From contig NMRA01000044.1 in assembly GCA_002633005.1 (NCBI GenBank), positions 573,195-637,194 on the forward strand: a stretch of DNA of 64,000 nucleotides, read 5' to 3'. This DNA is from Phoronis australis (Eukaryota; Animalia; Phoronida). This document shows, piece after piece, positions 23,942 to 36,795 of the stretch; position 1 is the stretch's first letter, and the number at the start of each line of letters is the position of its first letter. A program made the translations under genes and the position numbers. Under the pieces are notes generated by a model. That model was not told the origin of the DNA. It ran no database searches and worked only from the letters and a program-made list of their open reading frames with translations.

Positions 23942-26647
23942 TGGCGGTTCCTGAAGGACAAATAACATGCATTTTTAGTGTAATTTAATTAACGAATAAA
24001 GACTATATCAGAAATCACACCTTTGTTGCTCTTTTAGATTTTTGTAAAAAAGCGTTTTTCCAATGTTAATTCCTATTGGCTTACGCACGTCTGACGTCAC
24101 TGAGACTGCCGTGGGTGAAGGCAATAAGATAAATCAAGCTTATTAAGTATATAGCTCATTGGGAGAATGCCTCTCGGCTACAGAACTGTGCTTAATGTGT
24201 ATAATTCGTCTGTGATCTCGGTTCTCAAAAGTCCATAATGCAAGTTTACTGCCGTGTAGTGTTGACTATTAGTAGAACGATGCCGTTCTGGCTCGGCACG
24301 GGCCAGGAAAGGGCCCCGACTGCGTAGCCTTACCTGGGTGCAAGCTAGTAAATATACAGCGGCCGTTGCACCGACGTGGGTAAAAACTGATCAAATTTAA
24401 TCTGGAACAAAATTAGAGTAAACTAAGTTATTGACTTGTGTTGAAAAAATTGGCGTTCTGCCGTTCACTCTGCTGCTAAAATTTGATTGCGCTCTTTAAG
24501 GTCGGCTTTCGGCGCCCTCACCTGTTGCCTTATTGGCCAGTTTCGTTCCCGGAGTTGTTGTTCTTCTTCCAAGCGATCGAACTGTTCTTCGAAGTTGTGT
24601 GCATGTCACAACAAATTACTACAGCTGGTTTCATTTCTTTACATTTCTTTAATTTATTACACACATTACAACTTCTAGCTTTGTGCGATACCTGTGATAG
24701 ATCTAGAGGATGAAAAAATGCATAAACCCAAGACAATAACCTATCGAATGGAGAGCAATCACAAGATGTATATCAAATGCTAATTCAACACTCAGAACGT
24801 GAGCACACTACTGTATAACATGTCAAAATATTGTGTGGGGTAGACAATAGCGGAGTTGCAACGGCGCCATATTGGAAATGGGTCAGAATGTTGCATTGTG
24901 GTTAATGTGGCATTATTCAGTAAACAAGTACGTGGCAAGCATGGGTGTGAACCGGCACAGGGAGGTTATACGTGTTATGTGCCTGGCTGCTATAATAACA
25001 GTTAGCGAAATAAAGAATTTAGTCATTACCTGTTTCCCAAGGATCAAGAACTGCGTAAAAATGGGTCAGAAACATCGGTAGAGCTGGTAGCAAAGGCCGG
25101 TTTAATGAACTCTTTCCGACTTCGTGGCATAAAGTATGCAGCGCTCATTTTGAGGGCGGCAAGAAAACGAATCTTTGAAAGTGCCCAACAATATTTCCCT
25201 TGAAAGAAACAGCAACAAATTCTCCCACGGCGGAGGGTAGTGAAAAAAACGTGTTTTCGCTTGACCAGAACCAAGCCAACCTGAGCAATTTTGAGGATAA
25301 TACCTCTGCACAATCACCTGTGCATTAACGTGCTAATACACACTTCAGAATATTATTATTTAATTTCTACAAAATTGTGGTGCATTGCAATCAAAATTTG
25401 TTGTTAAATTACGATCATTTTTCAGAAAGTTTGAGCTGAAATCGCAGGGCGAAATCTCGCCGACAGATGCGTAGCTGCCGGTCTCGCAATCGTCGATAGT
25501 ACAACTTGAATTTTTGAATAAGAATACAGTTTCGACTCAACAAATTACGTGAAATCCTCCTTTTAAAAGTTTTCCAAATAGCGTCTCTAAGATTTTTAAA
25601 TTCTTATGGAGTCTGGATGAACTGCAGATTAAGTCCAAATCTGCGCTAGATTGTAGCCCGCAACACGAGAAAAATCTCTGGAGAAACACCCAAAGCTGTT
25701 GTCACGTGACGTTTATTTTGAAGTTTGTACGGATGTGTGTGAGAGAGCACCCCGGCCAACCCGCTATCGAGAACGACTGGAAGGCGATCGAGAACGAAAT
25801 TTGTTGCGAGAAGCAAAGCCAGGCAAGGTGAGTAAATTTGATGAATTTACGTTGTTTTTACTTCCAATGTGAAAACAGAGGCATGAGTTCAAGGTGCAAC
25901 ACATTGAGGAAGGGCAGGTAGAGGTTTAGGCTAGTGTCTTTTCAAATTATTGGAGATAAGTTTCGTTGAACGAGGCATCGCTTAAGTCAAAGGTGATTTC
26001 TATGTTATTTTGGCAAACTGCGGTTATTTTTGGCACCAGAGCAATAAATTGACCATGAAGTTATGAAGAAATGACTTGTGAAAATATAACACAACGCTTG
26101 TTTTTCGTAGATTTGTCAGGCTCTCTGATTTTTCAACACTTTTCTGTTGAAAGATGCGGTCGAGAACTCAAAGATAAGCGATCGGAAACGCAATTTTTTG
26201 TTATGTTTATGCTATCGAGAACGCATCGTGGTGTGCCGAACAGTTATGAACTTTTTACTTATAAAACGTGAAAAGAGTTACAAAATAAGTGTGGTGCAAT
26301 GAATTAATCACGTTTTGCGTCATTGCTCTTTTACCTCCGTATCCAAACTAAACAATATCATAGCATTACCATTAAATCACAATGAGCGACTACATCTAGA
26401 TCAATCCCTATTTTGATTATAGAAATTTTCACAAATGAATTTATTTTCATTTCAGGAAACAAGTTCACTGTAACATTGTGAGGCGAGCTTCAACGAACAG
26501 GTTAATCATGGCGTGAATATACACCCTACCAGGGTTTTGAAATACAGACATTTACTTTTAGACTAAACCAAAGGAAACAAGGGGTTCTAAATTAAGACTC
26601 ACCCAGCAATTGTTCCATGAGGCGTGTGAGCCAGGAGTAAACATGAA

Positions 26648-27166
26648 AGCGTTTTCCCGTTCAGTGACTTTACCAGACGTAGGGGGTTTTGAACGTGTGA
26701 TGGCATCTAGCTTCTTTGTTAACTGTCAAGCACAATCTTTTGTCTGTTTTGACAACAGGCAGGCCAATTACCTACCAGGCTTATTACAGACCACGGGTGA
26801 ACACCCTCAAACCCAGGGTGGATTGATACATTACGAAAAAATAGATTATCGTAATTTCGGTTGCAGTTGGGTGATTTTGGCGATTCAAAAACTAAACATA
26901 ATCACCGACGATTTTAGAAATCCCATTGGTTTATGTTCGTATGTGTTATAACTTAACTTTCATTTTTAACAGCACATCCCAATCGAGCTAGACACAATCT
27001 TATAATTGAAGATTAGAGCAATTATCGAACAGTAGAGGGCTGCCCCCCAACCATGAATGCCAGAATGGAGTTAATCAGTCGTGTAAGATAGTGGCTACAG
27101 AGGTTAACTTCCCAACTTGTTGTTGGGCTATAGAATCGAACAAGTTAGGAGCTACGGGAAAACGCC
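26648..27166. mobile_element. ~520-bp MITE, copy 2 (same orientation)
   Basis: Same termini and body as 23432-23941, with moderate divergence. Confidence 0.85.
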
Positions 27167-27196
27167 GTAATGGAAAATTGTTGATGCAGATGAAAG

Positions 27197-27407
27197 CACT
27201 GGCATATTTAGGGGGGAGGGGAGGGGGGCCGTGGGGGCCATGGCCCCTCCTAAAATTCTCCCAGATATCATTTGGCAGTCCGGGGGCGAATTGCCGACTA
27301 ACATTATGCGCACTACATGTTAGGTTGGGCGCATGTTTCGCATGTGGCGAAATTCTGACTGTTCCTGTGCCCTGCCCCCCCAACTCAAAATCCTGGATCT
27401 GCCCCTG
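27197..27407. mobile_element. GC-rich MITE with 5-bp TSD (GAAAG), hAT5-like
   Basis: CACTGGC...GATCTGCCCCTG flanked by GAAAG on both sides. Confidence 0.75.
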
Positions 27408-28544
27408 GAAAGCGATTGTCGAATCTTCTTGCCAGACTGTGACAGCAGAAGGAAAGAAAAACAAATACGCCAGTGAAGTTAAAGAATGATGATGAGCGTG
27501 CCTGTTGGGAGCGAGAAGAGAGCGGCAACACCATTCGTGAGGTGATTCAAAGACTACCGCTCATGAACTTCTGGGATTTAAAAAAATTCCAGAAATGATT
27601 TTTACTGTTTTGCTGATAAAACTGATGATATTTTGTTGGATGTTTTACTGATATTATCGATACATAGATGAACAGATTGACTTGTGGCACTTGTGTGGCT
27701 TGGATATTCAACATTTAGTACCTTTACAGTGCTTGACTCTTCTGTTTTGTAGTCTTGGTCCTGAGTGTATCTTCATTCAAGATCTCCAAATAATGTGACA
27801 TTGAAAAAGAGTGAGGCGAGTTATAATACACCTATTATATTGTGATTTTCTCAAAAACGTAGTTAAAATGTTTTCTTTAACATCACTTCAAGACATAGTG
27901 TAGTGATTACGCAGGAAATCAACAACAATATTAAAGCAATTCTAAAATATTATTGATCTTTTATCACACATACTTCAAAATTGGTCATACAGAAAAAGAT
28001 AGAAAATATTGCTTTAGGGAAATCAACATTACAAATTCAGTGTAAATTTCTTGCGAATTATTTTTGGAATGTATTAGACTAAATCATCACTGAATCATAG
28101 ATAATCTATTCCGGACAGGTTCATAGTATAAAATTCTCTCACACGGAATCAACAACAATATGAAAACAATTTCTACAATTATGGCAGACATATAGTTTTC
28201 TTATAAAATACTAATTGGTCATAACAACTGTATGTAAGTATCACCCAATGACACATAGTGTGGCCATTTAAATGTACCCAAACACTACAAAAATGCACTG
28301 GTTCTGTTAAAAATGCTGTTGAAATAACACAAATAGGAGAAAGGTTCAAAACAAAATGTCAAAATACTATCACATCAGATACATGTAACTACCAACCATA
28401 AACTCTGTAAAGCTGAATAAAGTTTCTTGAATTAACAACTCTCACTACTGGACTGGATAATTTTACTCATGGCGGTTCTGGTTCTCATGCCTGTAGAAGT
28501 AAGCATACTATTTGTATGGCACATTCACAACAACAAGGAATGTC

Positions 28545-28780
28545 CTCACTCTTTCCGTGAAACATTGACCGCAGATAGGGCACTGAATCAACTTGGTTCC
28601 TGAGCACTATGTTTCATATTGTGTTTTCTTATGCGGTAAAAAATCTTGCCCCATACAACACCGGGTTGGTAAAGGTCTTGCTTGCGGCTGAGTATCACGG
28701 TCATGGGGTTATACAAAAAAGGCTTCTTCCTGAATGAAGCTCCACAACATATATGCATACACAACCCTTTGTCACTTGCA
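28545..28780 (-). pseudogene. Degenerate C2H2 zinc-finger coding remnant (probably TE-derived)
   Basis: The minus strand gives ICCGASFRKK.. and HNMKH...QCPICGQCF, broken by frameshifts and stops. Confidence 0.4.
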
Positions 28781-30295
28781 GCTACTCTTTTTTGAAGGAC
28801 TCTTCGTGTGGCTACAGTTCAACTGAAAAATCAAATGAATTAAGTCATATTTGTGAGGCTAAATATCACACAGAAATCATGAAAAACGGTGAAAGTATAA
28901 CAAACGATCGACCCGTCAACTATATTATGGTCGTGTTATTATAAAATTATTGATATAACAACTTAACTTGAACGATTATTCAGGAAACTGCAGAGAAAAA
29001 ATATGTGTTCACGATCGCATTTCTTGTGTTCACGATCGCCATAGAGAATTAACAGCTTCGTTCCCGATCGCCGTCTCACAAAGGATCTGCTTGTATCGGT
29101 AGGTATCTCGAATTGTTTCACAAATTATAACTAAGAAAGGTGTCACCAGGGACGATTTCACTATAAACGTCACGCGTGTCCACTGAAGAACCCAGGAATT
29201 GCTAATAACAAGTAGAAATTGACGAATTTGCGAGACGCAAGGCATTTTACCGAAAGCCATTGCATTCTGCGGTTTCTACCGGTATTTCAAAAAATAGTAA
29301 AAGCCACGTATTATTTCAGATCCACAACAAAGACTAAGCTCTGACGCTTTTCGGTGTGTCGCATTGGTACCAAAGTAGCCTCTATTTAAAAAGAAAATGA
29401 CATTTAAACTCACCGGGTACTTCAATGTCGTCTGCCATTTTTGGTGTAAGGTCGCGGGTTGGCAGGGGTGGAGAGTACGCGTGCGTGTGTCTGTCATCAG
29501 AGTCCATTTGCCAGATTAAATGCGATGTAATGAGCTAGGTGTGCATTGTAACCAAAGAAATTAAATCAAGCAATAAAGCAGAGCGTGTTTTAATATTCAG
29601 CAATTGCTGGCCTCATCTGCTAAAAAACGTTCGAGAACAGCGAATGTGCAAATCCTCCATATTTGAATTTGCCGCCGCAGTTGCATTATGGGAAATGAAT
29701 GCCTCTATCGCTTGACAACCGATTGTGTACAGTGTTGCCGGGTGTTGTAACGAACGTTTAACACAGAAGCGGTCAATAAAGTTATTTTATTTGATTTCTT
29801 ATCAAAAAAATAATCTACTCATAAATTGGCAAAAAAATTCTGGAATATCATTTGGGGATTGAGGAATTATTGATGATTAAACTATGAAGTGAAATCTGAC
29901 AGGCCAAAGCAAATTGTTTTTTTAACTTTCCTCGTCTTTAGGAAACCGTACAAAGCGTTGCACACGCTCTTCAATCACGGTAATTCCCACCTCACAGCTG
30001 CTTTTAACCCTTGTAATGACTCATCGACATGGGATTAGCATTCGCCAATTGCCAGTAATCGTAGTAAGAAGGACTTTAAAAATTGGCGGCAATGAAGTGC
30101 GGTGAGTATGAAGTGTGAGTTTGAGTATGATTTGAGTCTGAGTACGGAGATTGGAGGCCGGAGCCAGGTAAACTATAAGCACATGTCTTGGATTGTACAA
30201 ATTTTTAAAATTATGATTTTTATAAGATACTGAGAATTTGTAACATATTTTTGCTAGTCTAAATAATTGAAAACGGCAGCTAAATATAATAATCT

Positions 30296-30946
30296 TTGAA
30301 AAACTTAGAGCCTTTGAATATAGAAGTTTTTAAGAATATACCTATTAACAAACAAGTGTTGCGGAATAATCAAAACATTTTACTTAGCGATAAATCCGTA
30401 TTTTGTCGGGAAATGTTTGAAGCGGGACTGAGTATTTTCTGAAGATTTTCTATATAATAAAAATAAAATTCTTAGTTGGCCAGGGATTTTATCAAAAATA
30501 AATACAATCTCAAGAATTTTTGTATATTCCAATACAATGTTGTTGTTAGTGCATTGAGGAAGCATCTTGATGAACTAGAACCAAGATCTATTGGTTGTAG
30601 CAACTTTCATTTAATTAATTATAGCAGATATAGTAAAGATTGGTTTAAAAAGTGTTCTATACATACTTTTGCACAAAACCCCGACACTTATGCGCGGTTA
30701 AGTAATTATTATAATGAAAAAGAAATTTATTTTTTACCTTTCAGCCTCCCAGTAAATCCTGAATTAAAAAACTGGTCTGCACGCATGCTTTTAATTAGTA
30801 TTTTAGAAATCATCAAAGTTATACTGTTATTATTTTATTGCCTTATATATCTATTAGTCGCAATTTTGTACTTTTGTTAAAGCCAGAACTGAGGCACTCA
30901 ACCTCAGACTGGCTACGTGATGTTGTCTGGGCAATAAATGTATAAA
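30296..30946 (+). mobile_element. 5'-truncated, internally deleted L1/Tx1-like LINE with 14-bp TSD
   Basis: AAATATAATAATCT at 30282-30295 and 30947-30960 (single in the uninterrupted copy near 11955). AATAAA and an A-rich end are present. The translation (..QVLRNNQNILLSDKSVF..AGL; IYFLPFSLPVNPELK) is homologous to the 38843-39760 ORF. Confidence 0.8.
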
Positions 30947-30985
30947 AAATATAATAATCTCTTCTGTATAGAAACTCTCACGCTG

Positions 30986-33930
30986 GCAAACGCGACCCAG
31001 TCGCAAAATAAACTTTTTAATCTCGCAACGTCTAGCGACCAGATAGCGTTTTGATGACATGCACGTTAATAGAATGACCCGAGTCTTCACAAGTGGAGGA
31101 GTGTTTCATATAGGAAGTAAGCACTTGCGGAGGTCAGTTTTGTTTTTGTTTTCAAATTACACTGCAGTTGTATTCTTTGATAATTAGTAAAGGTGTAAAC
31201 AAAAATTATCCAAGTTTATGACCTTTGAGCTTATAATATACCTCGCGCTTTGCCTAATGTAACTTTCGATATAAGTAATTGGCTTGTAAAATGCACACTT
31301 AAATTATCTATTCATCAGTCTTACACAGTCGGTCACAAAGCCGATGTTTTGTTTATTTGACGTCGCGTGGTTGTCAATACTTGCATTTGAAGGCAGCATG
31401 TTCATCTAATCAGATTTTGAATTTGTCAATGCCCCAATAACATGCAGTGTTGCGGACACAAACCAATTTGCAAACGTGAGGAACCATAGGAGGGAAGGGC
31501 TCAACATATTGCCTCGGGAAATTGTGCAAGTTGTGATTGGCAATTGCACGTGTGTAGGCGGCCCAAAAGGTGAGGGAGCCAGCCCGTGGAGGTGCACCTT
31601 CCGTTCAGGAAAATCTACGATTCGACCAAAAAAGGAGCAGCCACTCCGCGGCAACCTGGACGTTCACTGCTACCGGTCCTACTTCCTAGACTCAATATTT
31701 CCTCACGCTCCGCAATGTTGTTTTTTCATTTTGCTTGCGGCAGCTAACGGGGGGCGGGGGCGGGGGGAGGGCCCTGGGCCCCCTAAATCCGCCTATGCTA
31801 TTCCCGTGAATTCTGAAAGTGTTTCTTTAGTCAAGAGGTAGTTCTTCTCGGTAAATGGAAATGTAATCCTACAGGTGTATCAAGGTAAAAACTATAAGAA
31901 CATTTTATAAGCGTAAAGCGAGGTTGCATTTCATTTCTTACAGCTAAATGGTGTGCAATGAAGCCTAAAGTCAAAAATAGAATGTACATGTAGACTAATT
32001 TCAAAATTCTGAACACCATAAAATTTAGTGTAAGAAGAAATATTGTATTTACCATCAGAGAAAACAACATAGAATTTGTAGTTTGCAGGTGATTCATTTT
32101 ATTTTACCTTGTTTGATGACACATAAGAACCATCTTTAAGGATCTGTATTTCTAATTACAAAAGTGCACAAATGATATTTACAAATATTGTGACCAGCAA
32201 GCAGCACGTGATACTCTTCAGGGATGTAAAATTTGGTCTTTTTCTGTTAATTTGAAGCAACACTCCCTCCAGGTCCTTATTGGTTCTATTAACTGGAGCA
32301 TCTGCAGTATATCCATGTTCGGAAATGCTAGTTTGTAACACAGAAGGACTGAAAGCAGAAAGCGTGAGTGAATTATTATCAAAAGACAATGGATGGAAAT
32401 TCACCATCTGTCCACATGTAACATTTGCCATCCTTTTCTAAAAGTTTCACTCACACTCGCCTTCAAGAACTGACGTAGAACACAGTTCACGAATCAAACA
32501 GTTTGGTATCGACATGGGTTAACAGCACAGTTGATATGCGGACATGATTGGTGCATGTCTAACGTGAAGGGAGTAGATCATTTTCACGTGTTAATACCAA
32601 GCTGGCCCTTTGTAAAATACCGTCAACTATCACTTGTGGTAATGTTAACTAGTTATATCTTGAACCCAAGCTTAAATATATTTTATAAATGATAGTCCAC
32701 TCTTATCAAAAATCCAGTACAACCTGTGTGTGGACTGTAAAATACTGTGGCCAATTAAGTCATGTACAGTTATCACTGTTCCTTACAAGATCAAAGGGCA
32801 GGCAATAAGTGGCCTAAATCACAACTTAGTTTTTTCAACAAACCCCGAACTTGGTAAGTGTAGGTATAGGTAAAGCGTAACTATATTATAAATCAGGGTG
32901 TGGGTAGATACAACGGAAACATTAGCACAAGTGCTACTTACAGATAAAAAATACATGTTTAGACAATTATTTACAGAGAGGTACACATACATGTAGAAGA
33001 TACACATGCAAAAACATACATTACTATGTATACAAGCCTTAGTCAAAAACTTAATGGTTGAGTTGTAAATTTACTTCCAGTGAATTCTATGAGTCTCTGT
33101 TAGCCACTCGCTGATGGGAAATTGCCCATTGGCTGAATGGTAAGCACACTTGCCAGTTTTATCAGGGTATTTATCAGGGTTGCTGTTCGATACCCTGAGG
33201 TTGGATAAACTCGGCTATAACTACAATTGCCAACGCGATGCAAAAGACACAACATTGAAACGGTTCTGGCACATTGTAACATCTTATTGATGCATGCAAT
33301 TTGTTCCTGAGAAACACTTCAATTGAGACGTAATAATTTTATGGACTCGTCCTCATTCTCATTTGATGATTTATTGCAGGTCAAGCGTCTGGGAGTCTAC
33401 AACCAAATTTATGAGTTGCTGGAACACTTAAAATAATTATGAAAATTAGGCCCAAATTAATACCTAACGAACGGTTACTATGTCTAAGCCAAGTTACAAA
33501 ACAATTGTCAAGCGTCTGAAAGTCTACAACCAAATTTATGAGTTACTGGAACACTTAAATAATATGAAAATTAGGCCTAATACACAACGAACGGTTACTA
33601 ACTAAGCCAGGTTACAAAACAATTGTCTGCTCTAGACCTTTAAACAGTGCTCAAAACTAACGATAAATGACAAAATGAAATTATGCACTACTATGTAATT
33701 AAGCCTTTACAACTGTAATCTTGAACACGTTAGCAATTAGAAGGAATCACTAATTTTGTAACAGAAGACGCAAGGCAGGTAAATGTCGCTTGTATATTCG
33801 CTTTCAATCGCAGTCTGTTTCTGCACCAGCAAGTGCCAGAATCAGAAAGAGCTACATCCGGTAATACGCTATCTGGGCGCTAGATGTCGAGAGAGTAAAA
33901 AAGGTTATTTTGCGGCTGGGTCGCGTTTGC
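30986..33930. mobile_element. Mutator-like (MULE) non-autonomous element, ~2.9 kb
   Basis: 9-bp TSD CTCACGCTG (30977-30985, 33931-33939) and ~65-bp imperfect TIRs beginning GCAAACGCGACCCAG. Confidence 0.85.
33379..33628. repeat. Two-unit tandem duplication (~125 bp) inside the MULE
   Basis: GTCAAGCGTCTG..AGTCTACAACCAAATTTATGAG...GTTACAAAACAATT occurs twice head to tail. Confidence 0.9.
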
Positions 33931-34941
33931 CTCACGCTGCTGCTAGGCATACATAATATCCCAGAATGCAATAGAGAGGAACTGGTGTGGGGCATGCGTA
34001 GGCGCTACGTTCAAATACCAAAAGGTGGTTGGCTGTGCCTACGTGCGCCTACGCCCCACTACAGCACTGCTGTTGAGGCCGAAGCAGATATGTACCGGAA
34101 AGATACAATGCAATCCCGCTGACAAATGCTGCGTCTGTCCAGACCATTACGCCATAGTCCCAGATCTCCTATCTTTCACCTCCGTGGACATTTTCGGGGG
34201 GCATCCGGAACTTTGAATTAAACCCATCGACAGATGTTCAAAATTCAATTTCAAAAAAGTTCCCAAGAATACACTTGCACGTTTAGTAAGAACTCTAACT
34301 TTAAAGTTGGAAAAAATATAACTTCAACTAGTATGTTAGCCACTAGGTGTCAGCGCAAAATGATCCGAACAGCCAATCAAATGCCAGGAAAATATTGTGT
34401 CCATACCTTTCCCATTCAAAAGTCGTCTGCTTGACATGAAAACCTTCATCAGAGGACAGTCAGCTGATGTTATCCTGCTGGCTTAGCTAGTTTGTTCACT
34501 GCTACTGACTACATTGGATAGCATTAATTCTTGGATGGGTGTGCAAGTAATAGGCAATTACCAAGGGCCAAGGCTCAAAAACCAGCAGGCAGCAGTTAGG
34601 AATTGAGGAAAGCCAAGTCAAGTGGCCACGAGTGTCATACTGAAACAATTCTTGGCATGTTCCTGAATCATTTTGTGTTTCGCAAAGAACAGTTTTGAGT
34701 CAGCTAGGACTCTGCTGAAACCATGAATTATTGAACGAGTGTGCGACCACACAATAGACTGGCAAGATGTCTGCCCCTTGTTGCATTCATGTCTCAGGTT
34801 CTGCTCAAATTTCAAAGCTGGAATTTTCAGATATTACCTGGTAGAAGGCTACTCCTTCAAATCGATATATCAACGTTAAGTGCCAGTGAAGTATCATTGC
34901 TGATAAGTTTTTAAGTGTTTGTGAAAAAACAGAGCTCTTGT

Positions 34942-35182
34942 CATGCGCGCATCCAGGGGTGGGGGGGGCTCGGGGGCTTGAACGAGCCTCCCAATTTGGT
35001 CAAGTGGGTAAAATTTTTTGGCTCAGAGAAACAAAAACTCCGAAAAAGTAGAGAATGAGACAAACGTTTACTAAAAAGGTAGGAACGCACAATTCGTAGC
35101 TCTGAAGTATCCCGTGAATCTTAATAAATGTCCACGTTCTCAAAAATTCGAGCCCCCCATTTTTAGGCTTGGTGCATGCATG
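34942..35182. mobile_element. GC-rich MITE with near-perfect 5-bp TSD (CTTGT/CTTCT)
   Basis: Termini CATGCGCGCA / TGCATGCATG. Confidence 0.65.
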
Positions 35183-36289
35183 CTTCTATCACAAGCAGTG
35201 TTACAGACACTTAACGGATGCAACAATAATTGAAAGGGCTCTTAAAAAACAAAAAGATCAATACAAGCTGATGGTGGAAATAATGTTGAGCACACTATAA
35301 TAGGGAGACTGTTACTGTCATTTACATGTACATTTAACTGTGCTGAAAGAAATACACCATACATGTCTTGCCACTACAATGAATCATTTGCCACAAATCA
35401 AACTTTCATCACAGGGGAACTTCACAAACAAAAGAAAAGTTGAAAACCTATCCACGTTCCAAACATTCAATTGTAAATACTCCTACCTCTTCTTAATTTA
35501 AAAAGGTGTCATTTATGGTAAATAATCTTTAGTTTACGTCACAGAACAAAATTGGTTTGCTTGATAAATTTGTAGTAATAGTGGTCTCAATCTCAAATGT
35601 TCTGGCATTAGATTTTAACTACAGTGGGTGATCAGCACTGATTTTTATGAACTTCTAAGCCTATTTTGAAATACTTTTATGTAAAATCATGAGCAGTGTT
35701 TGGAATTTGAGAAATATAAAAATGGAAATATTGCCTGTGTTCTGTAATTTATTTATCTTGAAAAGTCAAATGTTGCGCAGATTTCATTATATCACATTTT
35801 GAAGATTCTTGAATTGGAGTTTTTAGCAAAGGAAAATTTTTGCACTTCCAATTACATGTATGTGCTATTTAAAACAAGAAGCGTCAAATGAAATTATAGC
35901 TCTTACGATAAAGAAGACGCTTTTCAGTTTCAAACAAACACTATTGCTAACATGACCATTCTTGTATTTTTCAAAGGCTGAACTACTGTATTAAGGATGA
36001 TGAAAATATTTCTATGCTTTAAAATGTTTGAAGGCAGCTGCACAGTGTAATTAATTCTAGCAATGATTTTAATTTCTGTTAATGCTTATTTTTGCTGAGC
36101 ACTTAGACAAAATGAAATTTCAGTAGTGTTACTTTGTGCTAAAGTGAAGATTATTTTGGTTATCTATTTCGGTTTAATAGGAATACTGTAACAAGGTGTT
36201 TAGATGAAATGGTATTCAGGTTGTCAAAACTTTTTTTATTTTGGGTAGTGTGCAGGCTTACAGAGATATTTTTTAAACTTTATCTTTGC

Positions 36290-36795
36290 CATTAAAGTTG
36301 GGCTCAAAATTTGTGTTTCCTGGTTAACTCATGGAAAACATTGAACCGTTTGTATGCACGCTGTACGGCGAGTCAACAACAGTTAACAAAGCACGCTACC
36401 ACATATTCAGGTTGAAATTTGTGTTCTGCCTCCTCATCATGATTGTTTACTGCTACATCCTAAAAGAGCAAACTACCAGTGTGCCATTCACAAACGAGCC
36501 TTGCAACAGCATGTCAGTACACCATCTCCAGTTGCTAATGGGTGGCTTTTGGAGCTGGGTAGTCTGATGCTCTACTGAATGACTCTGCCTTTAGCCCCAG
36601 AAAATGCCATGAAAAATGTTCATGGCAAGTGTAAAAGAAGTGGTTGTAAAAAATGTGCTCTTGTTTGGAATCGGGCATGCCATGTTCTAAGTTGTGTGTC
36701 TGCAGACTGTGTGAACACAGTGTCTCAGTCAAAAAACAACTTTTGGTGACAATAATGATGACATCAATGATGAAGTGGATGAAGAAACATAATAA
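36290..36795 (+). mobile_element. Academ-type transposon protein C-terminal remnant (XPG/PIN-like region plus Cys-rich zinc finger)
   Basis: The frameshifted translation IEPFVCTLYG..VNKARY..LPPHHDCLLLHPKRANYQ..PSPVANGW..APE..KCKRSGCKKMCSC..GMPCSKLCVC..C followed by an acidic tail matches the LPPxxxxLxxHxxRANYQ...GW...Cys8 signature. Confidence 0.75.

Larger units (their letters stand above)
29636..34005 (-). mobile_element. Internally deleted inverted copy of the 11843-13747 composite, interrupted by a LINE and a MULE
   Basis: Approximate matches: 29636-29815 = rc of 13570-13747; 29826-30295 = rc of 11955-12430; 30961-30985 and 33931-34000 continue the rc towards 11865. Confidence 0.85.

Noticed and set aside
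23432-27166. LTR retrotransposon bounded by 0.5-kb direct repeats
   Set aside because: The repeats have their own TIRs and lack TG...CA ends, PBS and PPT, and the interval has no gag or pol.
27075-27489. Overlapping ~130-aa ORFs on both strands
   Set aside because: They span two adjacent MITEs; the open frames result from GC-rich repeat sequence.
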